A program made the position numbers and the translations under genes. From Pecten maximus (lineage: Eukaryota), in assembly GCF_902652985.1 (NCBI RefSeq), contig NW_022982794.1, positions 1 to 64,000 on the forward strand: a DNA stretch of 64,000 nucleotides. Reading direction: 5' to 3'. Below are positions 1 through 10,631 of this stretch, piece by piece. The stretch's first letter is position 1. The number at the start of each line of letters is the position of its first letter. The notes under the pieces were generated by a model. The model was not told the origin of the DNA. It made no database searches and was given only the letters and a program-made list of their open reading frames with translations.

Positions 1-2540
1 ATCCCTTCAAATCGCTACTTGTCATAAAGTTATGAATTGATTTGAACCCAATTTGGTCAGAAACATCCTTCGTGGAAGCGGATCAGATTTTGCATAAATG
101 GTGACTCTGACCCCCAAGGGGCCAAAGGGGCGGGGCCCAATAGGGGAAATTGAGGCAATTCCTTTAAATCGCTACTAGTCATAAAGTTATGAATGGATTT
201 GAACCCAATTTGGTCAGAAACATCCTTTGGGGAAGGGGAACAGATTTTGCATAAATGGTGACTCTGACCCCCAAGGGGCCAAAGGGGCGGGGCCTAATGA
301 GGAAATAGAGGTAATTCCTTCAAATCGCTACTAGTCATAAAGTTATGAATGGATTTGAACCCGATTTGGTCAGAAACATCCTTTGGGGAAGGGGAACAGA
401 TTTTGCATAAATGGTGACTCTGACCCCCAAGGGGCCAAAGGGGCGGGGCCTAATGGGGAAATAGAGGTAATTCCTTCAAATCGCTACTTGTCATAAAGTT
501 ATGAATGGATTTGAACCCAATTTGGTCAGAAACATCCTTCGTGGAAGCGGATCAGATTTTGCATCAATGGTGACTTTGACCCCAAAGGGGCCTGAGGGGC
601 AGGGCCCAATAGGGGAAATTAAGGCAATTCCTTTAAATCGCTACTTGTCATAAAGTTATGAATGGATTTGAACCCAATTTGGTCAGAAACATCCTTTGGG
701 GAAGGGGAACAGATTTTGCATAAATGGTGACTCTGACCCCCAAGGGGCAAAAGGGGCGGGGCCTAATGGGGAAATAGAGGTAATTCCTTCAAATCGCTAC
801 TAGTCATAAAGTTATGAATGGATTTGAACCCAATTTGGTCAGAAACATCCTTTGGGGAAGGGGATCAGATTTTGCATAAATGGTTACTCTGACCCCCAAG
901 GGGCCTGAGGGGCAGGGCCCAATAGGGGAAATTAAGGCAATTCCTTTAAATCGCTATAAGTCATAAAGTTATGAATGGATTTGAACCCAATTTGGTCAGA
1001 AACATCCTTTGGGGAAGGGGAACAGATTTTGCATAAATGGTGACTCTGACCCCGAAGGGGCCAAAGGGGCGGGGCCTAATGGGGAAATAGAGGTAATTCC
1101 TTCAAATCGCTACTAGTCATAAAGTTATGAATGGATTTGAACCCAATTTGGTCAGAAACATCCTTTGGGGAAGGGGATCAGATTTTGCATAAATGGTTAC
1201 TCTGACCCCCAAGGGGCCTGAGGGGCAGGGCCCAATAGGGGAAATTAAGGTAATTCCTTCAAATCGCTACTAGTCATAAAGTTATGAATGGATTTGAACC
1301 CAATTTGGTCAGAAACATCCTTTGGGGAAGGGGAACAGATTTTGCATAAATGGTGACTCTGACCCCCAAGGGGCCAAAGGGGCGGGGCCTAATGGGGAAA
1401 TAGAGGTAATTCCTTCAAATCGCTACTAGTCATAAAGTTATGAATGGATTTGAACCCAATTTGGTCAGAAACATCCTTTGGGGAAGGGGAACAGATTTTG
1501 CATAAATGGTGACTCTGACCCCCAAGGGGCCAAAGGGGCGGGGCCTAATGGGGAAATAGAGGTAATTCCTTCAAATCGCTACTAGTCATAAAGTTATGAA
1601 TGGATTTGAACCCAATTTGGTCAGAAACATCCTTTGTGGAAGGGAAACAGATTTTGCATAAATGGTTACTCTGACCCCCAAGGGGCCAAAGGGGCGGGGC
1701 CTAATGGGGAAATAGAGGTAATTCCTTCAAATCGCTACTTGTCATAAAGTTATGAATGGATTTGAACCCAATTTGGTCAGAAACATCCTTTGGGGAAGGG
1801 GATCAGATTTTGCATAAATGGTTACTCTGACCCCCAAGGGGCCTGAGGGGCAGGGCCCAATAGGGGAAATTGAGGCAATTCCTTTAAATCGCTACTAGTC
1901 ATAAAGTTATGAATGGATTTGAACCCAATTTGGTCAGAAACATCCTTTGGGGAAGGGGAACAGATTTTGCATAAATGGTGACTCTGACCCCCAAGGGGCC
2001 AAAGGGGCGGGGCCTAATGGGGAAATAGAGGTAATTTCTTCAAATCGCTACTAGTCATAAAGTTATGAATGGATTTGAATCCAATTTGGTCAGAAACATC
2101 TTTTGGGGGAAGGGGAACAGATTTTGCATAAATGGTGACTCTGACCCCCAAGGGGCCTGAGGGGCGGGGCCCAATAGGGGAAATTGAGGCAATTCCTTTA
2201 AATCGCTACTAGTCATAAAGTTATGAATGGATTTGAGCCCAATTTGGTCAGAAACATCCTTTGGGGATGGGGAATAGATTTTGCATAAATGGTGACTCTG
2301 ACCCCCAAGGGGCCAAAGGGGCGGGGCCTAATGGGGAAATAGAGGTAATTCCTTCAAATCGCTACTTGTCATTAAGTTATGAATGGATTTGAACCCAATT
2401 TAGTCAGAAGCATTCTTGGGGGAAGGGGAACAGATTTTGCATAAATGGTGACTTTGACCCCCAAGGGGCCAAAGGGGCGGGGCCCCATATGGAAAATAGA
2501 GGTAATTCCTTTAAATCACTACTAGTCATAAAGTTATAAA
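1..2540. repeat. ~156-157 bp satellite-like tandem array, ~16 copies, running off the left edge
   Basis: The motif 'atcgcta' recurs at 11, 168, 324, 480, 637 and onward. Units are highly similar, with two interspersed variants (cccaataggggaaattgaggcaattccttt vs cctaatggggaaatagaggtaattccttc). Confidence 0.97.
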
Positions 2541-2724
2541 TGCATGTTGTAAACTCAGAGAGTCTGGACTTCATTATTTCTTTAAAGCAGTTGGGATCCC
2601 CATGCTATAACCATAAATAGCATTGTTTGAGGTTAACAAACAAAAGGAATTGAACATGAACATTATTTTGACATTTGGTCAAATCCAACCAGGTGAGCGA
2701 TACAGGCCCCATGGGCCTCTTGTT
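1..2724 (-). mobile_element. Helentron-associated non-autonomous element (HINE-like) carrying the 156-bp array; one terminus at ~2724
   Basis: The minus strand begins AACAAGAGGCCCATGGGGCCTGTATCGCTCACCTGG, the same terminal box as the elements at 5243 and 15207. The array unit matches the internal sequence of the 15207-15845 element. The family call rests on known bivalve HINE/Cg170-type structure. Confidence 0.7.
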
Positions 2725-3237
2725 TAGTCTACCAAGTCACGACATAAGCCCACTTTCCCTTCAACTAGGTGACCATGATATAAAGACAGATTATGAGATC
2801 TGCAAATGTTTGTGATATATATGGTGTATATATATATATCTACGATAGGCAATAGAGGGCCTAACTAGGACTGGTAGCAATCTCCCCCACCAAAAAACAA
2901 AGTCAAAGTGAATAATCCATCTTTAAATGTAAGTATTAATAAATTTGCATTCTTATTGATCAATATACGACACCCAGTGTTTACCAGGTAAGACATTCTG
3001 AACTAAGATACAGGTAAAGTATTTTCTTGGTCAGGTGAGACTACAGGTGTGAGAGTAGAACAATCGGGGATAATTACAGGTAAGGTCTAACCAACTGATC
3101 AATTTTTTACACCTTGGTCTGGTATGGTCATACTTGAGTGATCACCAGGTAAATTCCATGTAGAAATGGTCAGTCAAATGCAACATTTTGTAATCCATCA
3201 TTTCAGCAAAATAATAATGATAAGTAATTAACCTCGC

Positions 3238-3269
3238 CAGAGACCTATATACTAGTATATAGGTCTCTG
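3238..3269. mobile_element. 32-bp perfect palindrome flanked by a 7-bp direct repeat (minimal TIR-only transposon remnant)
   Basis: acctcgc|CAGAGACCTATATACT-AGTATATAGGTCTCTG|acctcgc (TSD-like repeat at 3231-3237 and 3270-3276). Confidence 0.7.
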
Positions 3270-4145
3270 ACCTCGCTAAGGACATTTGAAAAAAGATTCA
3301 TTTGTTTATAATCTTATAAATATAATAATGTAATAAGTAATGAAAAAAGTAATCAAATTATAAACATATTTGTTTTACCTGTTATTTCTAAGATCTAGTC
3401 GATGCAGACATTTGCTCTAGCATGACTGTAATTATAATTTTTGACACTTGGATTTGACCCATACTCTAATACACAGGTGACACTTATCAAAACGACAGGT
3501 AAACTTACAAGTTTTTGTTTGGATTTTAAAAACCTTTATAATATTATCTTGAAAGTCTTATTATAAAATTATATAAACTTGCAAACCAGTATTTTTATTT
3601 CTCAATAATAATCAATAATTTTAACGGGGAAACTAATTTATACACTTATTAGGTACATACATGTACGATAAAAATTAGATTGGGGACTGATTATATATAA
3701 TTACATGAGTGTTTAGGGGAGGGGTATAGCCATGCATGACTAGTACAGTACCTGTACAGGTAAACCCTTAATTAAGCTTAATGCCCTTTGGCCATGCCCA
3801 GAACATCTGGACTCCTTGTGCCAGATTCCTTCGCTGTGTTTTCACACCTTTCAACAAAATAACAATCATAATGTAATGGGTGGAATTAATGTAATATGAT
3901 ACCTGCATTTTGTCAGTTTTTGTGTATATTCTATTTATCAATACATGACATGTATTATACTTATATACATGTACATGTAATAAACCTATCTGAAATAAAA
4001 GTAAAATGTACACACCATCATGAACACACACAATATACATGGACTAGTCCCTGTATATATATTTTTGAAATTTTGTTTTAATGAAACATTTATATGTTCA
4101 AGAGATTATGCATTGTATATCAAATACTTTGTATGTATTGACTCT

Positions 4146-4237
4146 AGTGCACTACGATGTCAACTCAAGTGCACTACGATGTGAACTCCAGTGCACTACG
4201 ATGTGAACTCAAGTCCACTACGATGTTAACTGCACTA
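4146..4237. repeat. 22-bp minisatellite, ~4 copies
   Basis: agtgcactacgatgtgaactc(a/c) repeated in tandem. Confidence 0.9.
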
Positions 4238-5242
4238 GACTACCAAGTTTAGTTTCGAAATCAAACAAATTAGAGTCAAAAATGTGATTTCCCTATACAA
4301 ACTAGTAAATTTTACCCCCTCTCCAGGGCCAAACTTGAGACCCCCAAATTCACAATTTTGGTAAAGTAACTTAAGACCCTTCTATTTATGAAGAGTATTT
4401 GTTTCCATCATATCTGTTTGTGATATATATGGTATATGTATATATATCTACGACAGGCAATAGAGGGCCTAACTAGGACTGGTAGCAATCACTTTTCCAG
4501 GAGCCCTGAACCTGAATAAAATCAACATGGTGACATTATACTCCATCCAATTAGTTCCGAAGAGAAAGTCAAAAGATACAGTATTTCAATTTTAATTCTT
4601 TATTTGTTCTCTCATATACAAAGTCAGGAGATATTATCTGTATACAGAAGGAGGTAAACACATCAATAACATATATAGCTGTACATCAATGTCACGATTT
4701 CATTTATATAAAAATAAATGAATAACACAGCACATTACATGGTGAAATACGTACAATATAAAGTATCGGTTTGACACTTTCATCAATTTGACCCCTGGAG
4801 ACCCCACCTTCAGTGACCTTCAAAGAAAGTCAAGGTTAACATTTTTACAATATTTGTAGCCCTCCACTCTAGTTTGCTCCAGGCCAAATATATTACCATT
4901 AGTGACACTGAATTATGAGATTTTAATACATTTGACCCCTTTGACCTTAAAAAATTCTTTTGAATAAACTTGTAACGCATTGAAAAATAAACAAAAATAC
5001 TTCATTTGATGATAAACTTCATTAACAACAAAAAACAGTGTTCTCTTCATAAACTGTGAAGTGATTTAATTACAGAAAACTCAGTTATTTTGCACGTTAT
5101 TACCCGTGTAGTCAATCATTATAATGAAATCTACTACATGTATACACAATCTGTTGTGTTATAGCTCCATAACATGAAATATATTCAAGTTAATCCTTAT
5201 AATATGATCTACTATACACAATCCGTTGTGTTATAGCTCAAT

Positions 5243-6213
5243 AACAAGAGGCCCATGGGCCTTATTGGTCACCTGAGATTTGAAATATTTCAGTTAGTTT
5301 AATTGAACATTTTTTGCCCCACCCATCAGTCCAAGGGGTCAGACAGGGCTAACATATGCATACCATTAAGCTGTCATCCCATGCTGATAATATTGACAAA
5401 GTTAGAATCAATTCCAATAAAATCAAACAAATGATAGTCAAACTTGTGATTCCAACAGAAATCAAATAATAATCAAAAATGTGATTTCTCTATAAGCTAC
5501 AGTAAAGTTTACCACCTCCCCAGCCGCAAACGTGAGACCCAGGGTCATAAAATTCACAATTTTGGTAAAACACCTTATGATCCTTCGATCTATGAAGAGT
5601 ATTTGATTATTACTTAATTACTTGGGTCTTGAGGAGAAGACTTTTGAAATTGCGGTCAATTTTGATGCTTTTAAGAACCGACAATCAGCCCCTAGGGGTG
5701 AGTCAGGCCCAACCTGTGCATACCATCAAACTGTCATCACATGCTGATAATGTTAACCAAGTTATAATAAATTCCAATAAAAATCCAAGAAATAATAGTC
5801 AAAAACATCATTTCCCTATATAAACCATAGTAATGTTTACCCCCTCCGTAGGGGCAAATGTGTGACCCCAGGGTCATGAAATTTACAATTTTTGTAAAGC
5901 ACCTTAAGACTCTTCCATCTATGTATAATGTGGAGTGTTTGAATTCTACCATATCTGAGAGTAGACAAGACAATTCTTGAAGTTTTAGTCAATTTGACCC
6001 TTTTTGGTCCCGCCCCTCAGGCCCCTTGGGGGTGGGGACCATATAATTCACAAGTTTTGTCGACTTTTAGCCATAAAAAAATTCTACTAAATTTGATTGA
6101 ATTCGGTTAAGCGTTTTTGAGAAGAAGACGAAATTGTAAATCGTACACGAACGGACGACGGACAAAAGGCAATAAGAATAGGTCACTTGAGACTTTGTCT
6201 CAGGTGACCCTAA
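5243..6213 (+). mobile_element. HINE-like non-autonomous element, both ends present
   Basis: Left box aacaagaggcccatgggcc...ggtcacctga, internal diverged repeats, a gacg/ggac microsatellite at ~6150, and a terminal hairpin ggtcacttgagac-ttt-gtctcaggtgacc followed by ctaa. Confidence 0.75.
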
Positions 6214-6799
6214 CAACTATTTGTATCAGCAAAAATAAAATAACAATACACTTTAAATTGTATATATAACATTACATCAGATATTTCTACAGACAGCTAG
6301 AGTATTCAATAATTAAATTGTATTTAGCAAACTGACTTCTAAAATGTAATTAAAACAATGTATGTGTACTATTTTAAAAGTTAACATGTGGGTACTGGTT
6401 TGGATAATTAATGTTTCCACCCAAACATATTAATGTTATTTATAGATAGTCTATCATATACATTGCCAATTGTACAAATGATACCAATGTATAATTGTTG
6501 ACAGAAAGGGACACAACTTATAACTTATGTCCACTTCCTTTGAATATTTCAAATAAAATGTTTAAACTAAACATTATTTGAGATTGCATTGGTACATTTT
6601 TATCAAAAATCAAACAATCTTTGTATGAATTACCAAAATAATTTCATAAAATAAATCTTGGGATATTTCTAAAGAAACTCATCTTTCAAAAATTAAACAC
6701 ATTATACATTAATTTAAACCATTTTAACGGAAAGCAAAAAATACAAATAAGTCAGTACTATGCACCAATATTGATATTGCTACTCTTAGAAAACAATTC

Positions 6800-7480
6800 A
6801 CAAATGTATAATGCTTTCTAAACATAGCATGTATGTTAAATATAGACACCCATACAAACAAAAATAAGATACTACAAATGCATAATGCTTTCTAAACATA
6901 GCATGTATGTTACATATAGTCACCCATACAAACAAAAATAAGATACCACAAATGTATAATGCTTTCTGAACATAGCATGTATGTTAAATATAGACACCCA
7001 TACAAACAAAAATAAGATACTACAAATGCATAATGCTTTCTAAACATAGCATGTATGTTACATATAGTCACCCATACAAACAAAAATAAGATACCACAAA
7101 TGTATAATGCTTTCTGAACATAGCATGTATGTTAAATATAGACACCCATACAAACAAAAATAAGATACCACAAATGTATAATGCTTTCTAAACATAGAAT
7201 GTACATTATCATCATTATGTATGTTACATATGGACACACATACAAACAAAAATCAAATACTACAAATGTATAATGCTTTCTAAACATAGCACGTATGTTA
7301 CATATAGACACCCAAATAAACAAAAATAAAATACTATAAATGTATAATGCTTTCTAAACATAGCATGTATGTTACATATGGACACCCATACAAACAAAAA
7401 TAAAATACTACAAATGTATAATGCTTTCTAAACATAGCACGTATGTTACATATAGACACCCATACAAACAAAGATAGAAT
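6800..7480. repeat. 74-bp tandem repeat, ~9 copies, downstream of the gene's stop codon
   Basis: acaaatgtataatgctttctaaacatagcatgtatgttacatatagacacccatacaaacaaaaataagatact; 'caaatg' at 6801, 6875 and onward. Confidence 0.95.
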
Positions 7481-8021
7481 ACCAAAAGTGCCTCAAAACA
7501 AACTTCAGGATATTTTTCTTAATTTAGAATAATTTTGAGATTGCATACAAATTTTTTCTGTTAGGAAAACCAATCATCTTCCTTTTGCATCACTTTGAAA
7601 TATCAATACGAATAGTTGTTGTTATAATTTTAGGATTGAAAAAATACATAAAAATATTCCTGAAAACTAATACATGTATTTACATTTTGTCTACATATTA
7701 ATTCACAACAAAAATTAGATAAATAAATAATGATAAAAACAGTACATAAATCAAACAGACAGTAAGTATAGCAGTCTGTAAAATACCTGAAAATGATGTG
7801 ATGATGATTAATTTGATGATATCTTTAGTAGGGTGAACTATAATAATATCTACAGTCTTGTAATTCTAATTTGGTTGGTCACAAAAATAATTTGTACTAA
7901 AAACTATTTCCTTTTCTTTATAGTAAATACTCTTTAACTTTAACTTTGTTCAAATCTACACCATGTTATACAAGTTAATGAACAGAAGGTAAAGAAGTAA
8001 GTGTGACTATTTCTAAGTACT

Positions 8022-8027
8022 TTTATT
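8022..8027 (-). terminator. Candidate polyadenylation signal AATAAA
   Basis: Plus-strand tttatt about 70 nt past the stop codon. The context is AT-rich, so a chance match is possible. Confidence 0.3.
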
Positions 8028-8094
8028 TACAAATAAACTTGACAAGATGGTCCTAGAAAAGGTTTCCTCAGTGTTCGTCATCATGTTACACAAG

Positions 8095-10631
8095 TTAGTG
8101 TACAGAAGTATAAATATTTGTTTCTTTTTTAGGAAAAACTTTAACAAGATGATCGTACAAAGGGTTATCTAACTTCCACAACCCCCTCATCATCGATGCG
8201 CGTATCTTTGCCAGGTCTAAAATAGATTCCTCGTCATTAGTAATTATGGTTGTGATGTCATACTTACCTCCTGTTGTCTCTACGTACTGTTTTACATGAC
8301 GTTCACACTCAGTGAACCAGTATACATCTGATGTCTTTCTGGCTATGTGATGTAGACAATGGTACCCACGGTTATCTACAGCTGTAGTTAGTGCTGGATA
8401 CAACTTACACAGCTCTAAACTAAGCTCCCTGAATCCCCTCTCACAACTACAATGTAATATTGTCCACCCGTCGTTATCTATAGCTGTAATTAGTGCTGGA
8501 TACAACTTACACAGCTCTAAACTAAGCTCCCTGTGTCCCCTCTCACAACTACAATGTAATATTGTCTGCCCCTTGTTAGTTACAGCTGCAGTAAGTGCTG
8601 GATACAACTTACACAGCTCTAAACTAAGCTCCCTGTGTCCACTTATACAAATACAATGTAATATTGTCTGCCTGCCGTTACCTACAGCTGTAGTCAGTGC
8701 TGGATACAACTTACACAGGTATAAACTAAGCTCCCTGTGTCCCATCCAACAACTACAATGTAACACTGTCCATCTTGACTTGTCCACTAACTGTGACATG
8801 TACTGTCCACACGCACAACTCCTATGTACCACACGACCATCTTCTGACTCACACTTATGTTGTACATTCTCAACTCTACACAAGGATTTAAGTACCATTC
8901 TCTCCACTGTCTGAAATATACCACAGTTTCCTGTCCGTGCCACAAAATGGAGCGTGCTCTGTCTCCATTTATCAGTCTCATGTACCAATTGTGGATATTT
9001 GTTATACAACATTGTCACCATCTCTTCTCTCTCAAACAAACACACCTCGTGTAGGACATTGATATTCCCAGCATAATCATGTGATGATCGTGACCTGCGT
9101 GCCCTCGCTGTAGGAATGACGTCATATTTCAGTAGTTGACGCAGTAGTTGTACACTCCCACCCTCCACTACACAAAACGGTGTATCATTGTCAGGTGTGA
9201 CACCCACAGAAAGGAGACATGAGACACAATCTTCTAAACCAATAGAGCATGCTCCATTCAACAACGCACATTTTATCAGGTGGCATAAGTTATTGTCATC
9301 CTTCTGACCACTTAGCAAACTAAAAAATCCCCGTAGAAACAGGGTGTCTGTCCATACGTCTAATCTAACTATACAGTCAGATAGTCTATGGGCATCAGAT
9401 TCACACACTGTGAATAAAAGTTTATACAATTCATCCCTGTCCTGTCTGACATCAGATTTACACTCTCTGGCCAAACGTTCATACATACACTTTCTGACCA
9501 AACGTTTATATTTGTCTTTACTACTAGATGATATAACTATTTTGTTAGCTGTGGATTTTGATGTTGATATATAGTGGAGGAACTTTCGGGGACAATTTTC
9601 TATAAACCCAATTTTTGTGTTCTTGCCATACAAAAGGGCAACAGTGTCCTGAACAGAATCATGACAAAATTTGTAAATTGAATCATCATCATCATCATCA
9701 TCATCATCATAATTATCATCATAAAAAGGATGATATTTTCTTTTTGCAACCAGATATTCAAACATTTCTAAACTTTCCCGCAGAGATCTAATTTTGTCTG
9801 CATGATCAAGTTGATTTCCCTGGAAAGCTTCATCAAGCTTTTTCTTGTCAACACTTTCACTGTTTTTAGGATCTAAATCCCCTTTCTTAACCGTCCCATC
9901 ATTGAGAAAGAGAAACAGAAGAGCTGAAAAGTGCTTCTTTGGTAAATTGTTCAAAGTTGTTTTCATGAAAAGAAATGGTTGTTTGAAGAAATTAATCCCC
10001 TGTTTTTTTAAGCCAGGAACATACTTAAAAAGATGACAACACTGCGGAAATCCTATATCTGGGGCAAGCTTGATGATTTCAGATTCCTTTCCATCAGATA
10101 AGTTTTTAATTTCTGGGACATAACTTTCTAAAATGCGTTGTTTTTCTGTGGTTTTTATGCAGTTTTTACCTCTCAAATCAATGGTTTTTTGGTTGAATAA
10201 TTCACATGAATGTAATTGTGTGCTTTTGAAAATCTCATCTCGAACATTTAGTATCAAACAATTGGATCTATTATTGAGTTTCCCACGAAATGTTGACTTA
10301 ATGGAGATTTCCCTTTTCTTTAAATCTTCAGCGATTTCCCCACTAACATCATCAATATATACAGCTAATTGTGTGTTTGGCTCAACAATTTTATCCCATT
10401 TGGCCATGCTGTAAAGCTGGACAGGATCCTTTGACAGTCTGGTATCCTTATTATCGCCGTCCATTAGCCACTTTAACAGTTGGTAACCCATCAAAGTCTT
10501 CCCATCCCCTGAGGCACCCTTGATGAGGACAATGTTGTTCTTTCTGATCATTTCTTTAGCGTCTTCCAAAGCTTGTATAGAGATCACCTCTGGTTTTAAG
10601 GTTTGAACATCGGTTGTTAATCTTGTTGTTT
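8095..10631 (-). CDS. Terminal exon: STAND P-loop NTPase (nSTAND3-like) plus winged-helix region and ankyrin repeats
   Basis: The 830-aa ORF extends to acceptor ttaatctttctgattgcag|AA. Walker A IVLIKGASGDGKT (GASGDGKT at 10518-10495), Walker B LAVYIDD, sensor LILNVR, GFP (GxP) motif and FCHDS winged-helix motif are present. Ankyrin motifs include INVLHEVC, STLHFVARTG and TILHCSCERGH. Confidence 0.95.

Noticed and set aside
8573-10414. Plus-strand ORFs overlapping the large exon
   Set aside because: Antisense shadows of the real coding exon with no independent motifs.
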